This document shows positions 25,750 through 35,245 of a DNA stretch of 38,954 bases, piece after piece. The translations under genes and the position numbers were made by a program. Position 1 is the stretch's first letter. Every line of letters begins with the position of its first letter. The notes below the pieces were generated by a model. That model had not been told where the DNA came from. It worked only from the letters and a program-made list of their open reading frames with translations, and ran no database searches. This DNA comes from an archaeon (GTDB lineage Archaea; Undinarchaeota; Undinarchaeia; Undinarchaeales; JALTGF01). The stretch covers positions 1 to 38,954 of the forward strand of contig JALTGF010000019.1 of NCBI GenBank assembly GCA_027077325.1, read 5' to 3'.

Positions 25750-25780
25750 AATTAGAGATAAATGAGAGAAGTTTATTAAT

Positions 25781-27022
25781 TTAATCCATATTATTGACAA
25801 TTTCTCTTGCAAACTCCGAACATTTCACTTTTGTCGCGCCTTCAATTTGCCTAGCCAAGTCATAGGTAACTTTTTTGCTTTTAATCGCACCTTCAATTCC
25901 TTTAATGATTAAATCACTAACTTCTGTCCAGCCAAGATACTGAAACATCATAGCACCAGAGAGTATCAGCGAACTTGGATTTACCTCATCCTTCCCGGCA
26001 TGCTTTGGTGCAGAACCGTGTGTTGCCTCAAAAATTGCCTTGCCATTTTCATAGTTTATATTTGCCCCCGGAGCCATTCCAAGACCGCCAACTTGAGCAG
26101 CGCAAGCATCACTTACATAGTCGCCATTTAGGTTTGGCGTTGCAATAACATCATACTCATTTGGTCTTAAAAGCAATTGCTGAAACATTGCATCTGCAAT
26201 TCTGTCTTTGATAACAATTTTGCCCTCTGCAGATGCACCATCCTTAATTTCTTTTTCAGTTACAGTTATACCAGAAAACTCATCTTTTGCAACTTCATAA
26301 CCCCATTCCCTAAAGGCACCTTCCGTATATTTCATAATATTTCCCTTGTGGACTAAGGTTACAGATTTTCGATTGTGCTTAATTGCATAATTAATCGCAG
26401 CACGGACAAGCCGCTTTGATGCGTATTCACTTATTGGCTTTATCCCAATTCCAGAATCATTTCGCACTTTTACATTCATCTCATTTTTCAGAAATTCAAT
26501 AACTTTTTTTGCTTCTGGCGTATCTTTTGCCCACTCAATTCCTGCATAAACATCTTCCGTATTTTCTCTAAAGACAACAATGTTTAGCAAGTCAGGGCGT
26601 TTCATAGGGCTTGGGACACCAGGATAATACCGGACCGGCCTAACGCAGCAGTATAAGTCAAGAACCTGCCTTAATGTGACATTCAAACTTCTATAGCCAC
26701 CGCCAACAGGCGTTGTTAATGGCCCTTTAATTGCAACTTTAAAATAGCTGATTGCATCAATTGTTTCCTGCGGCAAAGGGTCAAGGCCTTTTGCAATTGC
26801 CTCTTCACCTGCAAGGAGATCAAACCAAACAACCTTTCTTTTTCCGCCATATGCCCTCTCAACTGCTGCATTAAAGACAATCTCAGCAGCTGGGCTGATA
26901 TCAACACCAATTCCATCTCCCCGAATTCGGCAGATTATTGGATTATCTGGGGTGATTGGCTTCCCCTCTTTGAACTGAATTAGTTCGCCTTCTTCTGGCG
27001 GTTTATAAAGTTTGAATTCCAT
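25781..27022 (-). CDS. icd: isocitrate dehydrogenase (NADP-type, prokaryotic homodimeric family)
   Basis: 413 aa. [54 protein letters not shown]. Confidence 0.9.
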   Translation of the reverse strand: MEFKLYKPPEEGELIQFKEGKPITPDNPIICRIRGDGIGVDISPAAEIVFNAAVERAYGGKRKVVWFDLLAGEEAIAKGLDPLPQETIDAISYFKVAIKGPLTTPVGGGYRSLNVTLRQVLDLYCCVRPVRYYPGVPSPMKRPDLLNIVVFRENTEDVYAGIEWAKDTPEAKKVIEFLKNEMNVKVRNDSGIGIKPISEYASKRLVRAAINYAIKHNRKSVTLVHKGNIMKYTEGAFREWGYEVAKDEFSGITVTEKEIKDGASAEGKIVIKDRIADAMFQQLLLRPNEYDVIATPNLNGDYVSDACAAQVGGLGMAPGANINYENGKAIFEATHGSAPKHAGKDEVNPSSLILSGAMMFQYLGWTEVSDLIIKGIEGAIKSKKVTYDLARQIEGATKVKCSEFAREIVNNMD

Positions 27023-28952
27023 TATTATGCTTCCTCTTTGTGTAGTTTAGCAGTCCGCCCTCTAGGATTATTTCTTTCATCCTTTCACCTAGGTCAGGCT
27101 TGACTTTTATTTCAATGCCTTTTGTTTTATTCTTGATGATGAATTCAGAATCTCCTGTCTCAAAGTGCTTTCTAATGTCAGGAATTTCAATCTCATCGTC
27201 TTTATCGATTTGGTCATAGTCATTTTTATTAACAAATTCAAGCGGAACAATTCCAAAATTGATAAGATTTGCTTTGTGGATTCTGGCAAATGACTTTGCA
27301 ATAACTGCTTTAATGCCAAGATACATTGGTGCAAGAGCCGCATGCTCTCGGCTTGATCCCTGGCCATAGTTTTCCCCACCAATGATAAAGCCACCGTTGT
27401 TTTCCTTTGCCCTCTTTACAAAATCAGGGTCAACCCTTGAGAATACAAAATTACTTATTGCTGGCAAATTGCTTCTCAATGGGAGTATTTTTGAACCCGC
27501 GGGCATTATCTCATCTGTGCTTATGTCATCCCCAACCTTTATCAGAATTTTTCCAGATAAACTAACAGAAAGCGGTTCCTTTATAGGCAATGATTTTATA
27601 TTGGGGCCTCTTATGATTTTAATGTTTTCTCCATTTTCAGGAGGCCAAATAAATAAGGAGTTATCAATCTCAAATTTTTCTGGAAGCTCAACTTTTGGGT
27701 AATCACCAAGTGACCTAGGATCTGTAATCTTTCCATTAATTGCACAAGCAACTGCAGTTTCAACACTGCTTAGGTAAACTTGGTCGTCTTTTGTTCCAGA
27801 TCTTCCTTTAAAGTTTCTGTTAAAAGTTCTTACAGAAATTGCACCCGTTGGAGGGGATTGCCCCATTCCTATGCAAGGACCACAAGCACATTCAAGCATT
27901 CTCGCACCAGCTTCTAGGAAATAAACCAAGGCACCATTTTTAGTAATTTCTTCAAGCACTTGCTTAGATCCAGGGCTCACAGTCATTGAAACTTTGGGGC
28001 TAACTTTTCTCCCTTTTAGGATTTTTGCAGCAGTCATTAAGTCCTTAAATGAAGAATTCGTACAGGAGCCAACACAAACTTGTTGAACTTCCAAACCCTC
28101 AACTTCCTTCACAGGGACAACATTTCCTGGGCTTGATGGCTTGGCGATTAAGGGCTCAAGTTCACTTAAGTTGATTTCAATTATTTCAGAATATTCTGCA
28201 TCTGGATCTGCTTTTAACTCTTTCCAATCCTTAACACGACTTTCTTTTTCAAAGAATTCCTTAGTTATCTCATCTGATGGAAAAATAGAAGTTGTTGCGC
28301 CAGTTTCAGTTCCCATATTTGTTATTGTCGCCCTTTCAGGAACGCTCAAAGTTTTAACACCAGGTCCAAAGTATTCGAGGATTTTTCCACGACCCCCTTT
28401 TACACCTATTCTTCTTAAAATTTCGAGGATCACATCCTTTGCAGCAACCCAACCAGGTAATTTTCCAGTAAGTTTTACCCCAATGACTTCTGGACACTTC
28501 AAGTAAAAAAGGCCACCTCCCATTGCAACCGCAACATCTAAGCCACCAGCACCAATTGCAATCATCCCAACACCACCAGAGGTTGGAGTATGAGAATCAG
28601 AGCCAAGCAAAGTTTTTCCAGGGATTGAAAATCTTTCTAAATGCAATTGATGACAAATTCCATTCCCTGGTTTTGAGAGCACGAGTCCATACTTCGCAGC
28701 AACACTTTGGAGAAATCTGTGGTCGTCTGCATTTTCAAAACCAGTCTGCAATGTGTTGTGGTCTATGTAACTTACGGATAACTCAGTTTTTACTCTTGGG
28801 ATTCCAAGAGCTTCGAATTGGAGGTATGCCATTGTTCCAGTTGCATCCTGGGTTAAAGTTTGATCAACTTTTATTCCAATTTCAGATCCTGGCTTTAATG
28901 AGCCCTCCACAAGGTGTGATTCTAGGATTTTATATGCGAGTGTTTTTCCCAT
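27003..28952 (-). CDS. acn: aconitate hydratase (short, about 650-aa aconitase family member)
   Basis: 649 aa. Fe-S ligand regions VGSCTNSS and CGPCIGMG. Swivel domain [21 protein letters not shown]. Overlaps icd by 20 nt. Confidence 0.9.
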   Translation of the reverse strand: MGKTLAYKILESHLVEGSLKPGSEIGIKVDQTLTQDATGTMAYLQFEALGIPRVKTELSVSYIDHNTLQTGFENADDHRFLQSVAAKYGLVLSKPGNGICHQLHLERFSIPGKTLLGSDSHTPTSGGVGMIAIGAGGLDVAVAMGGGLFYLKCPEVIGVKLTGKLPGWVAAKDVILEILRRIGVKGGRGKILEYFGPGVKTLSVPERATITNMGTETGATTSIFPSDEITKEFFEKESRVKDWKELKADPDAEYSEIIEINLSELEPLIAKPSSPGNVVPVKEVEGLEVQQVCVGSCTNSSFKDLMTAAKILKGRKVSPKVSMTVSPGSKQVLEEITKNGALVYFLEAGARMLECACGPCIGMGQSPPTGAISVRTFNRNFKGRSGTKDDQVYLSSVETAVACAINGKITDPRSLGDYPKVELPEKFEIDNSLFIWPPENGENIKIIRGPNIKSLPIKEPLSVSLSGKILIKVGDDISTDEIMPAGSKILPLRSNLPAISNFVFSRVDPDFVKRAKENNGGFIIGGENYGQGSSREHAALAPMYLGIKAVIAKSFARIHKANLINFGIVPLEFVNKNDYDQIDKDDEIEIPDIRKHFETGDSEFIIKNKTKGIEIKVKPDLGERMKEIILEGGLLNYTKRKHNNGIQTL

Positions 28953-29081
28953 CTCTCAAGAAAACACTGTAGGTTTAGTTTATATATATTTTTGAACTTT
29001 CATTGCGAGACATATGAACTAGATAGTTCCACATATATGCATAAAAAAGTATATAAATAACAGAACTTAGAGATTAAGAGC

Positions 29082-29453
29082 ATGACAAGAGAATCGCTTT
29101 CAATACTTGGGGAGAAAGTAGAAGCAGAAGAAAACCCAAAGGAGCTTCTAAAGGAGATATTTAGGTTTATTAATTTTGAGCCTGCAAACATAGACATCTA
29201 CTTTTTATTTGTTGAAAAGAAAAGAGCACTTACAGTTAGGGAGATTTGCAATTCTCTAAAATATTCAGAAAGAACAGTTAGAAAATACTTGAAAGAACTC
29301 TTAGCGTTGGGGTATATAAAAAGAGTCAGCACAGTAAGGGAAAGACCGTGCTATGCGTATGTAGCAGTAAGCCCAAAAAAAGTCTGGCAAAAACTAGTAA
29401 ATCAAGTAAGGCAGATTAGAAAGAAAGCAAGCAAGAGAATTGCAAAAATTTAG
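29082..29453 (+). CDS. small wHTH transcriptional regulator (TrmB/ArsR-like)
   Basis: 123 aa. LTVREICNSLKYSERTVRKYLKELLALGYIKRV. Divergent from acn-icd and convergent with aclA (stop at 29453, aclA stop at 29454). Confidence 0.6.
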   Translation: MTRESLSILGEKVEAEENPKELLKEIFRFINFEPANIDIYFLFVEKKRALTVREICNSLKYSERTVRKYLKELLALGYIKRVSTVRERPCYAYVAVSPKKVWQKLVNQVRQIRKKASKRIAKI

Positions 29454-31286
29454 TTAGTCCTTTAAGTAAAGGATGTCATCCCAGGGATGCCTGTAAAGTC
29501 CTTGTCTTAACCTGTACTGGTCAAGGATGTGCCCAATCATCCCGATGCTTCTCCCGAGAACAAAGAAAGCATTTAGATACCCTTCGTTGACAATTTCATT
29601 TATTTCCTCTTTTGTAAATTTCCCACAACTTTCAAACAAGTCAAGGAACAAAACTGCAAGGCACCCATCAACGTTTAGGATTAGATTCCCTTTCTTTGCA
29701 GTAGTTATTTTTTCAACCTTTAAGGCAAAGTCCAGATACTTTGTTTTCTTGAAGTGCTTTCGTGCATATTTTTTCAAAATTTCAACTCGCTTGTCAGGGT
29801 TTTTCACGCTTTTTATTCGGTGACCGATCCCAGGGATATAGATCCCTTTTGCTTTCATATCGTCTACAAACTCTCGAGGGGTCATCCTAGAATCAACTGC
29901 ATGCTTAAAGTAGCGGGCAGCATCATTCAATGCACCGCCAAATCTTGGTCCGATTGTCAATATTCCTGAGGAAAGAGCAGCAGTAATGTCTTTTCCAGCA
30001 CGTGCTGCCACAATTGCATTGTGCGCCCCTGAAACCGCAGGCCCGTGGTCAGCAGTGATCATTATTGTCATTTCAATGAACTTTGAGGCATATTTTGGAA
30101 GTTTTTTCTTAAACCAAAGCAATGAGATTACATCACCGATAGAATATCCCTTCTTAAAGAGGTCACTCATTAGAACATTATAATAAGTTGGCTCCTCTCC
30201 GCGATCGTCTGAAATTGAGGAGACAATATTAGTTGGCTTTCTTACTAATCCCTGCGCAATTGCTTTTTTGTAATCCATTGGAACCTTTGGGATTTCCATT
30301 GGCTCTTTTACTTCCTTGATTTTTCCTTGCTTCTTTAACTTATTGTAAACCATTGCAATTTTTTCGCCAAAATCATCAAAGGAATTTGGAACAACTGCTC
30401 CGGCTTTTTTTAGTGCTTTATTTTTAGCATCTGCAGTCTCAAGTTCTGAACTGGCTTTTGCACCAGCATGCCCAAACTGGACAGAGGTCTTAAAAACTTT
30501 TGCACAAGTTCCGGTTACCCACATTACTAATGGTTTCTTTATTTTTCCAGATTTTAGGGCATCCACAATTTTGTACTCTTCAAGTCCCCCAAGCTCGCCA
30601 AGACAAACAAGCATTTTTATTTTTGGATTTGCCTCAAACCTTAGCAAATGGTCAAGCAAAGTTGAACCAGGATAAACATCCCCGCCAATTGCAATACCCT
30701 CGTAAATGCCATCAGAGTTTCTTGCAATAACATTTAGCATTTCATTTAGCATCCCGCCAGATTTTGAGACAAAACCAACAGAGCCAGGCCTGTAAAGTTT
30801 TGAACCAATTATGTTTTCAATTGTCCCTGCAGCATTTCCAATTTTAAACCTGCCCGGAGCAATGCCGCCAACTGTCGCAGGCCCAATTATCACTTTTCCA
30901 AGTTTCTTTGCTTCTGCTGCAAGAATTCGCTCTTTTCTTTCTGGAACTCCTTCCGCAATTATTGCAATTGTTCTTATGCCCTTCTTTTTAAGAGCACTCA
31001 TCGTTGTTGGAAATGCCGACCTGAAAGATGAGAAGTTAATCACAACATCTGCATTGGAATGCTTTTTCACAGCTTCATCCAAGGTTTTATACATAGGAAT
31101 CAAAATTTCCTTTTTCCCAAAAAAGGCCTTCACATATCCCGCGCGATTTGGATTTATGACACAAGCAACACTTGGTGTTTTTCTTTTGCAGACATAATCA
31201 AAGTCAAGCATTCTTTGGATTGCTTTTTTCTGATTTCCAAACACAATTGCTTGCGTTTTTTCATTAAAGAGTTCATATGTGTTCAT
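29454..31286 (-). CDS. aclA: ATP-citrate lyase, alpha (large) subunit
   Basis: 610 aa. SucD-like domain with phosphohistidine loop SVQFGHAGAKAS. Citrate-synthase-like C-terminal domain (ITADHGPAVSGAHN, IPGIGHRIKS, GLYRHPWDDI). Confidence 0.9.
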   Translation of the reverse strand: MNTYELFNEKTQAIVFGNQKKAIQRMLDFDYVCKRKTPSVACVINPNRAGYVKAFFGKKEILIPMYKTLDEAVKKHSNADVVINFSSFRSAFPTTMSALKKKGIRTIAIIAEGVPERKERILAAEAKKLGKVIIGPATVGGIAPGRFKIGNAAGTIENIIGSKLYRPGSVGFVSKSGGMLNEMLNVIARNSDGIYEGIAIGGDVYPGSTLLDHLLRFEANPKIKMLVCLGELGGLEEYKIVDALKSGKIKKPLVMWVTGTCAKVFKTSVQFGHAGAKASSELETADAKNKALKKAGAVVPNSFDDFGEKIAMVYNKLKKQGKIKEVKEPMEIPKVPMDYKKAIAQGLVRKPTNIVSSISDDRGEEPTYYNVLMSDLFKKGYSIGDVISLLWFKKKLPKYASKFIEMTIMITADHGPAVSGAHNAIVAARAGKDITAALSSGILTIGPRFGGALNDAARYFKHAVDSRMTPREFVDDMKAKGIYIPGIGHRIKSVKNPDKRVEILKKYARKHFKKTKYLDFALKVEKITTAKKGNLILNVDGCLAVLFLDLFESCGKFTKEEINEIVNEGYLNAFFVLGRSIGMIGHILDQYRLRQGLYRHPWDDILYLKD

Positions 31287-32515
31287 TTTTTCCTCAAAGC
31301 CATTGAAACAATTTTTGTCATATGTGTTTCAGGACCATAAACCTCAATTGGAACTTTTATTTCATCCCCAAGTTTTCTCATTTGAGCAAGGCCTTCTTTA
31401 TAATTTGGCCCACCGCGCCTTACATAAATTTTAACTTTAAGCTTTCTTAACTTTGGAGCAAACTCGTGAAGCGCCATGATTATTCCCTTAAATGTTTTTG
31501 CAACATCAGTAAAATTGGCAATACCACCACCAATTATGAGGATTTTTCCAGGCTTATTATCGCGAGTCATTAAATCAAGAACGGTTCTTGCATATTCATA
31601 AGTTTCCGCAGTGCTTGGGTTTCCACTGTATTCTCCATAATTTGCAAGCTCATTCCCATAACCAAGATCTGTTATAGTATCCGCATAAATGACACTTGCA
31701 CCTCCGCCGGCAACCAATGTCCAAATTTTTCCATGCGGGTTTAAGATTGTCAGCTTTAATGAGGCCCCGCTCTTTTCATCCATACCTTTTATATACTGCT
31801 CTTCCTTTGAGAAAGTTCTTCCAAATGGCACTGGAAACTCAATGTTTCCCCATTTTGACTGGTTTTCAAAAGCAGAGGTGTCATCAAGTTTTGCAACCAG
31901 GTCAAGAGGGATTATCTTTCCATTTTCAAATGCAAAAGGATTAATCTCGAGATAGGTAAATCCAAGATCCACATAAAAATTATAGAGTTTTTCAATAAAG
32001 TTAACAAGCGCTTCTTTATTTTCAATATTTGGAAGCTTAGACTTTACAAATTTTCTATTAAATTTCTCAAGTATTGGAATTCTTATTTCAATCACCTTAT
32101 TCCAATTCTCTTCAATGTTAATTCCGCCTTCCAAAGAGAAAAAGATTGAGTCATACTCTCGCGCAGATTTTATTGCAACATAGTATTCTTTTTTATGAGG
32201 CACAAAAGGTTCAATTAGGAAGTGAGTCAATTTTCCAGTAGCCTTTCCAATTTTGACTTCTTTCCCCATTTGCTGTTTTATAAATTTTTTTGCATCTTCA
32301 AAGGTTGCATTTAATAAAACAAGATTGTGCTTCCCTCTTTTTCCAAAAAGCTGGTCTGGTTTTACAACAAGTTTTTTATACCTAAGCCATTTGTGCTTTT
32401 TTGAGAGAGAATTTAGATTTGTTTTTGGAGTAACTAAGACACACTTTAAACCTAGGTGTAGGTACTTTGAAAGCAAATGCTTTGCATCATATTCACGAAT
32501 TCCTCTTTCTGCCAT
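31283..32515 (-). CDS. aclB: ATP-citrate lyase, beta (small, ATP-grasp) subunit
   Basis: 410 aa. LVVKPDQLFGKRGKHNLVLLN, FLIEPFVPHKKEYYVAI, VAGGGASVIYADT, ANYGEYSGNPS, VRRGGPNYKEGL. 4-nt ATGA overlap with aclA. Confidence 0.9.
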   Translation of the reverse strand: MAERGIREYDAKHLLSKYLHLGLKCVLVTPKTNLNSLSKKHKWLRYKKLVVKPDQLFGKRGKHNLVLLNATFEDAKKFIKQQMGKEVKIGKATGKLTHFLIEPFVPHKKEYYVAIKSAREYDSIFFSLEGGINIEENWNKVIEIRIPILEKFNRKFVKSKLPNIENKEALVNFIEKLYNFYVDLGFTYLEINPFAFENGKIIPLDLVAKLDDTSAFENQSKWGNIEFPVPFGRTFSKEEQYIKGMDEKSGASLKLTILNPHGKIWTLVAGGGASVIYADTITDLGYGNELANYGEYSGNPSTAETYEYARTVLDLMTRDNKPGKILIIGGGIANFTDVAKTFKGIIMALHEFAPKLRKLKVKIYVRRGGPNYKEGLAQMRKLGDEIKVPIEVYGPETHMTKIVSMALRKK

Positions 32516-32533
32516 TTATTTACACACCTGTTG

Positions 32534-32562
32534 AATCTAAAATATGGTTTATATTTTAGATT
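32534..32562. promoter_or_regulatory. 12-bp perfect inverted repeat over the aclB promoter region
   Basis: AATCTAAAATAT-GGTTT-ATATTTTAGATT, 19-47 nt upstream of the aclB ATG and 17 nt downstream of the stop of 32579..33190. Confidence 0.35.
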
Positions 32563-32578
32563 TTGCATTATCGCAACC

Positions 32579-33190
32579 CTACTCTAAGTAAAGCTCATAC
32601 GCATGAGGACTATATAGTTGCATTCCGAAAATCGAGGAATATGCCTTTGAGGTCCCAATTATGAGAGTAATATTTCCTTTTAAGTCATATGGCACTCCAC
32701 TAAATAGGATATAACCAGAACGTTCTTCTCCAGGTGTTATATTTATCCCATTAAAAGTTCCACCACTATAATTATATTTTTGATTGGGGATTACTCGTAT
32801 AAAGGCATCTTCTTGCCTAAATGTTTCTAAGTCGTGGCCAGCATTTTTAACCCAGATGTCAGCCCTGAATTTTAATCCATCAGGAGTTTCAAACCAGCCA
32901 ACACGGAGTAGTTTTGTTTCAAAAAGCCCAAAATTGTTGCTCATATTTAGGTATTGGGAATTGTCTAAGTAAACTTGCTCGGGGTTTGGTTTTTCAACTG
33001 GCTTTGATTTATTAACAATAGCAGGTTCACTAGCATTGATTGGCGAACTTGGTTCAGTTTTAACCACTTGTGATTGTTCTTTAACTCCAAAATCATTTTT
33101 AAGCAAGTTAAAATGAACCGCAAAAAGCAGCAATGAAACTAGGATAATTAATGAGACAAGTAGAACAAATGAAACTTTAAGTTTACTCAT
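32579..33190 (-). CDS. signal-anchored extracellular protein (DUF4352-like beta domain)
   Basis: 203 aa. N-terminal TM, a P/E/K linker, and a C-terminal beta-rich domain (ADIWVKNAGHD...INITPGEERSGYILF). Confidence 0.5.
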   Translation of the reverse strand: MSKLKVSFVLLVSLIILVSLLLFAVHFNLLKNDFGVKEQSQVVKTEPSSPINASEPAIVNKSKPVEKPNPEQVYLDNSQYLNMSNNFGLFETKLLRVGWFETPDGLKFRADIWVKNAGHDLETFRQEDAFIRVIPNQKYNYSGGTFNGINITPGEERSGYILFSGVPYDLKGNITLIIGTSKAYSSIFGMQLYSPHAYELYLE

Positions 33191-33313
33191 AATAATTGAT
33201 AAGGATTTTTAGTATTTAAAGTTTAATTGAAAAAACCGTCTTTAATAATCAGTTCAAAAGCCAATTAGAAACTTTAAATAGATTGAAGTGGATAAATTAA
33301 GTGAGAGGTTAGG

Positions 33314-34024
33314 ATGAATAATATTAAAAAACCACCATCTATAATTTTATCTTTAGACCTGCCAATTGAAAATGCTGTAAACCTTGTTAAAGATCTAAAA
33401 GAAGTCTCTGCTAAAATTGCAGCCCTAAAAGTCAGTTCATTGCAAGTGATGGAAGTAGGAATTAAGGGAGTTGTTTCAGAATTAAGGACTTTTACAGACT
33501 TGCCAATAATTTATGACCACCAGAAAGGCTGCACGGACATCCCTGCAATAGTTGAAAGGCAGGTAAATGCTTCTGCAGAAGCAGGCGTTGATTTTTTAAT
33601 AGCAGTTCCACAAGGCGCTGGGCCAAAAAGCTTAGAATCCTTTGTAGATGCTTGTAGGAAAAAAAGCGTTGAGCCGATTGTTTTGCTTGAAATGACACAC
33701 GAAGGCGCAAATGAGTACATAAAAGAAGACACATCCAAAAAGATTTTTGAGAAAGCCATTGAATTAGGAGTTAATTATTTTGTAGTTCCGGGAAATAAAG
33801 TAGAGAGCATACAGATGTATAAAGGATGGGCCGAAGAAACAGGCAGAGATATTAAGTTTATGAGCCCTGGAATTGGGGCACAAGGTGGCTCTGCAAAGGA
33901 AGCTGTGCGCGCCGGAGTAGATTACCCAATAGTAGGAAGGGCGATTTATCAAGCTGAAAAACCAATTGAAATAGTAAATAGGATGTATGTAGAATGCTTG
34001 GAGGGCTTTAATGGCAGGAAGTAA
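33314..34024 (+). CDS. pyrF: orotidine 5'-phosphate decarboxylase
   Basis: 236 aa. IILSLDLP, LKVSS, IIYDHQKGCTDIP, SPGIGAQGG, PIVGRAIY. GAGAGGT SD sequence upstream. Confidence 0.8.
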   Translation: MNNIKKPPSIILSLDLPIENAVNLVKDLKEVSAKIAALKVSSLQVMEVGIKGVVSELRTFTDLPIIYDHQKGCTDIPAIVERQVNASAEAGVDFLIAVPQGAGPKSLESFVDACRKKSVEPIVLLEMTHEGANEYIKEDTSKKIFEKAIELGVNYFVVPGNKVESIQMYKGWAEETGRDIKFMSPGIGAQGGSAKEAVRAGVDYPIVGRAIYQAEKPIEIVNRMYVECLEGFNGRK

Positions 34025-34631
34025 GTTTGACATTTTAATTAGTAGAATAAAACTTAAAGAAGCCATAGAAGAAGCTAGACTCGTTACGGAAACAGAAGTA
34101 AAGCAACTGATAAAAAATGTAGACCTTTCAAAAGAAGAAGCCAAACTAATTCTTGGAAAGGAGAGGTACAAAAAGGCAATAAAAACGAAAGTAATTGAAG
34201 ACGGATTGTTTGAGGATACCAAAAAGTACATTGATAAGAACTTACTAATTTCAGAAATTGCAAATTTAATTTTTGAGACATTAGAGAATATGACTTTTGA
34301 CGAAATGAAAGAGAGGGGGTATCTAATTTGCAGGGCTAGTAAAGTAGGCAAAGCGGAAAAAGCAAAGGGGGGAGGCCCCCCTGCACTCATAGAGTATAAT
34401 ACTGTAAAGGAACTTGTTAAATCCTCAATAAGAGAATTAAAGAAAAAAGACCCAAATGGGATACTAGTTGTAGGGATTCTCCCGTTTAACAAAAAAAGAA
34501 AAGTGATAGGAACTAGCGAAAAAATATTGGGGGGATACCTAATAAGTTTACTTCCTAGCGAAGTTAGGTATGGTGTTGTTGAAGATTTGGGATTTAAGAT
34601 ATATCAAGATTTAAAAACCGTAAAAATATGA
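34011..34631 (+). CDS. hypothetical protein embedded between pyrF and pyrE
   Basis: 206 aa, K/E-rich. GGAGGG SD sequence 5-10 nt upstream, inside the pyrF 3' end. 14-nt overlap with pyrF and ATGA overlap with pyrE. No family recognised. Confidence 0.55.
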   Translation: MAGSKFDILISRIKLKEAIEEARLVTETEVKQLIKNVDLSKEEAKLILGKERYKKAIKTKVIEDGLFEDTKKYIDKNLLISEIANLIFETLENMTFDEMKERGYLICRASKVGKAEKAKGGGPPALIEYNTVKELVKSSIRELKKKDPNGILVVGILPFNKKRKVIGTSEKILGGYLISLLPSEVRYGVVEDLGFKIYQDLKTVKI

Positions 34632-35227
34632 CCTTTGAAAAAATCTTTTGGGACACAAAAGCAATCTCAATAAATATTGAGAATCCTTTTAAGCTTGCTT
34701 CTGGAAAATTAAGCCCAATTTATATTGACTGCAGAAAACTAATTTCATACCCGCAAATTATGGATTTAATTGCCAAGGAAGCCACACCAATCATAGAAAA
34801 AATAAATCCAGATGTAATTGCAGGCGGGGCAACCGCAGGCATTCCCTTTGCTGCGTGGATTTCAGCAAAAAAAGGTTTGCCAATGATTTATGTAAGAAAA
34901 GAACCAAAAGGGTATGGAAAAAATGCGCAGATAGAGGGTGTTTTAAAAGAAAATCAGAAAGTCCTTCTTGTTGAGGATTTAATTACAGACGGTAAAAGCA
35001 AATTGAACTTTATTAATGGAATTAGAAACACAGGGGCAATTGTTGAAAATTGCTTAGTAGTTTTTGACAGGGAGCAAGGCGGAAAAGAAACCTTAGAAGA
35101 GAATTTAGTTAAGTTGCACAGTTTAGCGACATTGTCTAAAACCCTAGGATATGGCCTAGAAAATGCATTGATTTCAAAAGAAGAGTTTGAGAAAGTTAGG
35201 GAGTGCTTAAAGAGAGAGTCCAAGTGA
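34628..35227 (+). CDS. pyrE: orotate phosphoribosyltransferase
   Basis: 199 aa. PRPP-binding loop VLLVEDLITDGKS. SPIYIDCR and GGATAGIPFA motifs. Confidence 0.85.
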   Translation: MTFEKIFWDTKAISINIENPFKLASGKLSPIYIDCRKLISYPQIMDLIAKEATPIIEKINPDVIAGGATAGIPFAAWISAKKGLPMIYVRKEPKGYGKNAQIEGVLKENQKVLLVEDLITDGKSKLNFINGIRNTGAIVENCLVVFDREQGGKETLEENLVKLHSLATLSKTLGYGLENALISKEEFEKVRECLKRESK

Positions 35228-35245
35228 ATAAGAGAGGAAACCTTT

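Noticed and set aside
34367-34381. G6-AGG-C6 hairpin-like homopolymer pair inside the pyrF-pyrE orphan gene
   Set aside because: It is in frame and encodes GGGPP. A comparable G7 run occurs in ftsZ at 5971-5977. It is therefore most likely coding-driven, not a slippage or attenuator signal.
33764-34492. 242-aa minus-strand ORF, unusually long for an AT-rich genome
   Set aside because: It overlaps the conserved 3' end of pyrF. Its S/F/L-rich translation is the mirror of K/E-rich coding sequence. The plus-strand ORF has an SD sequence and start/stop coupling to pyrF and pyrE.
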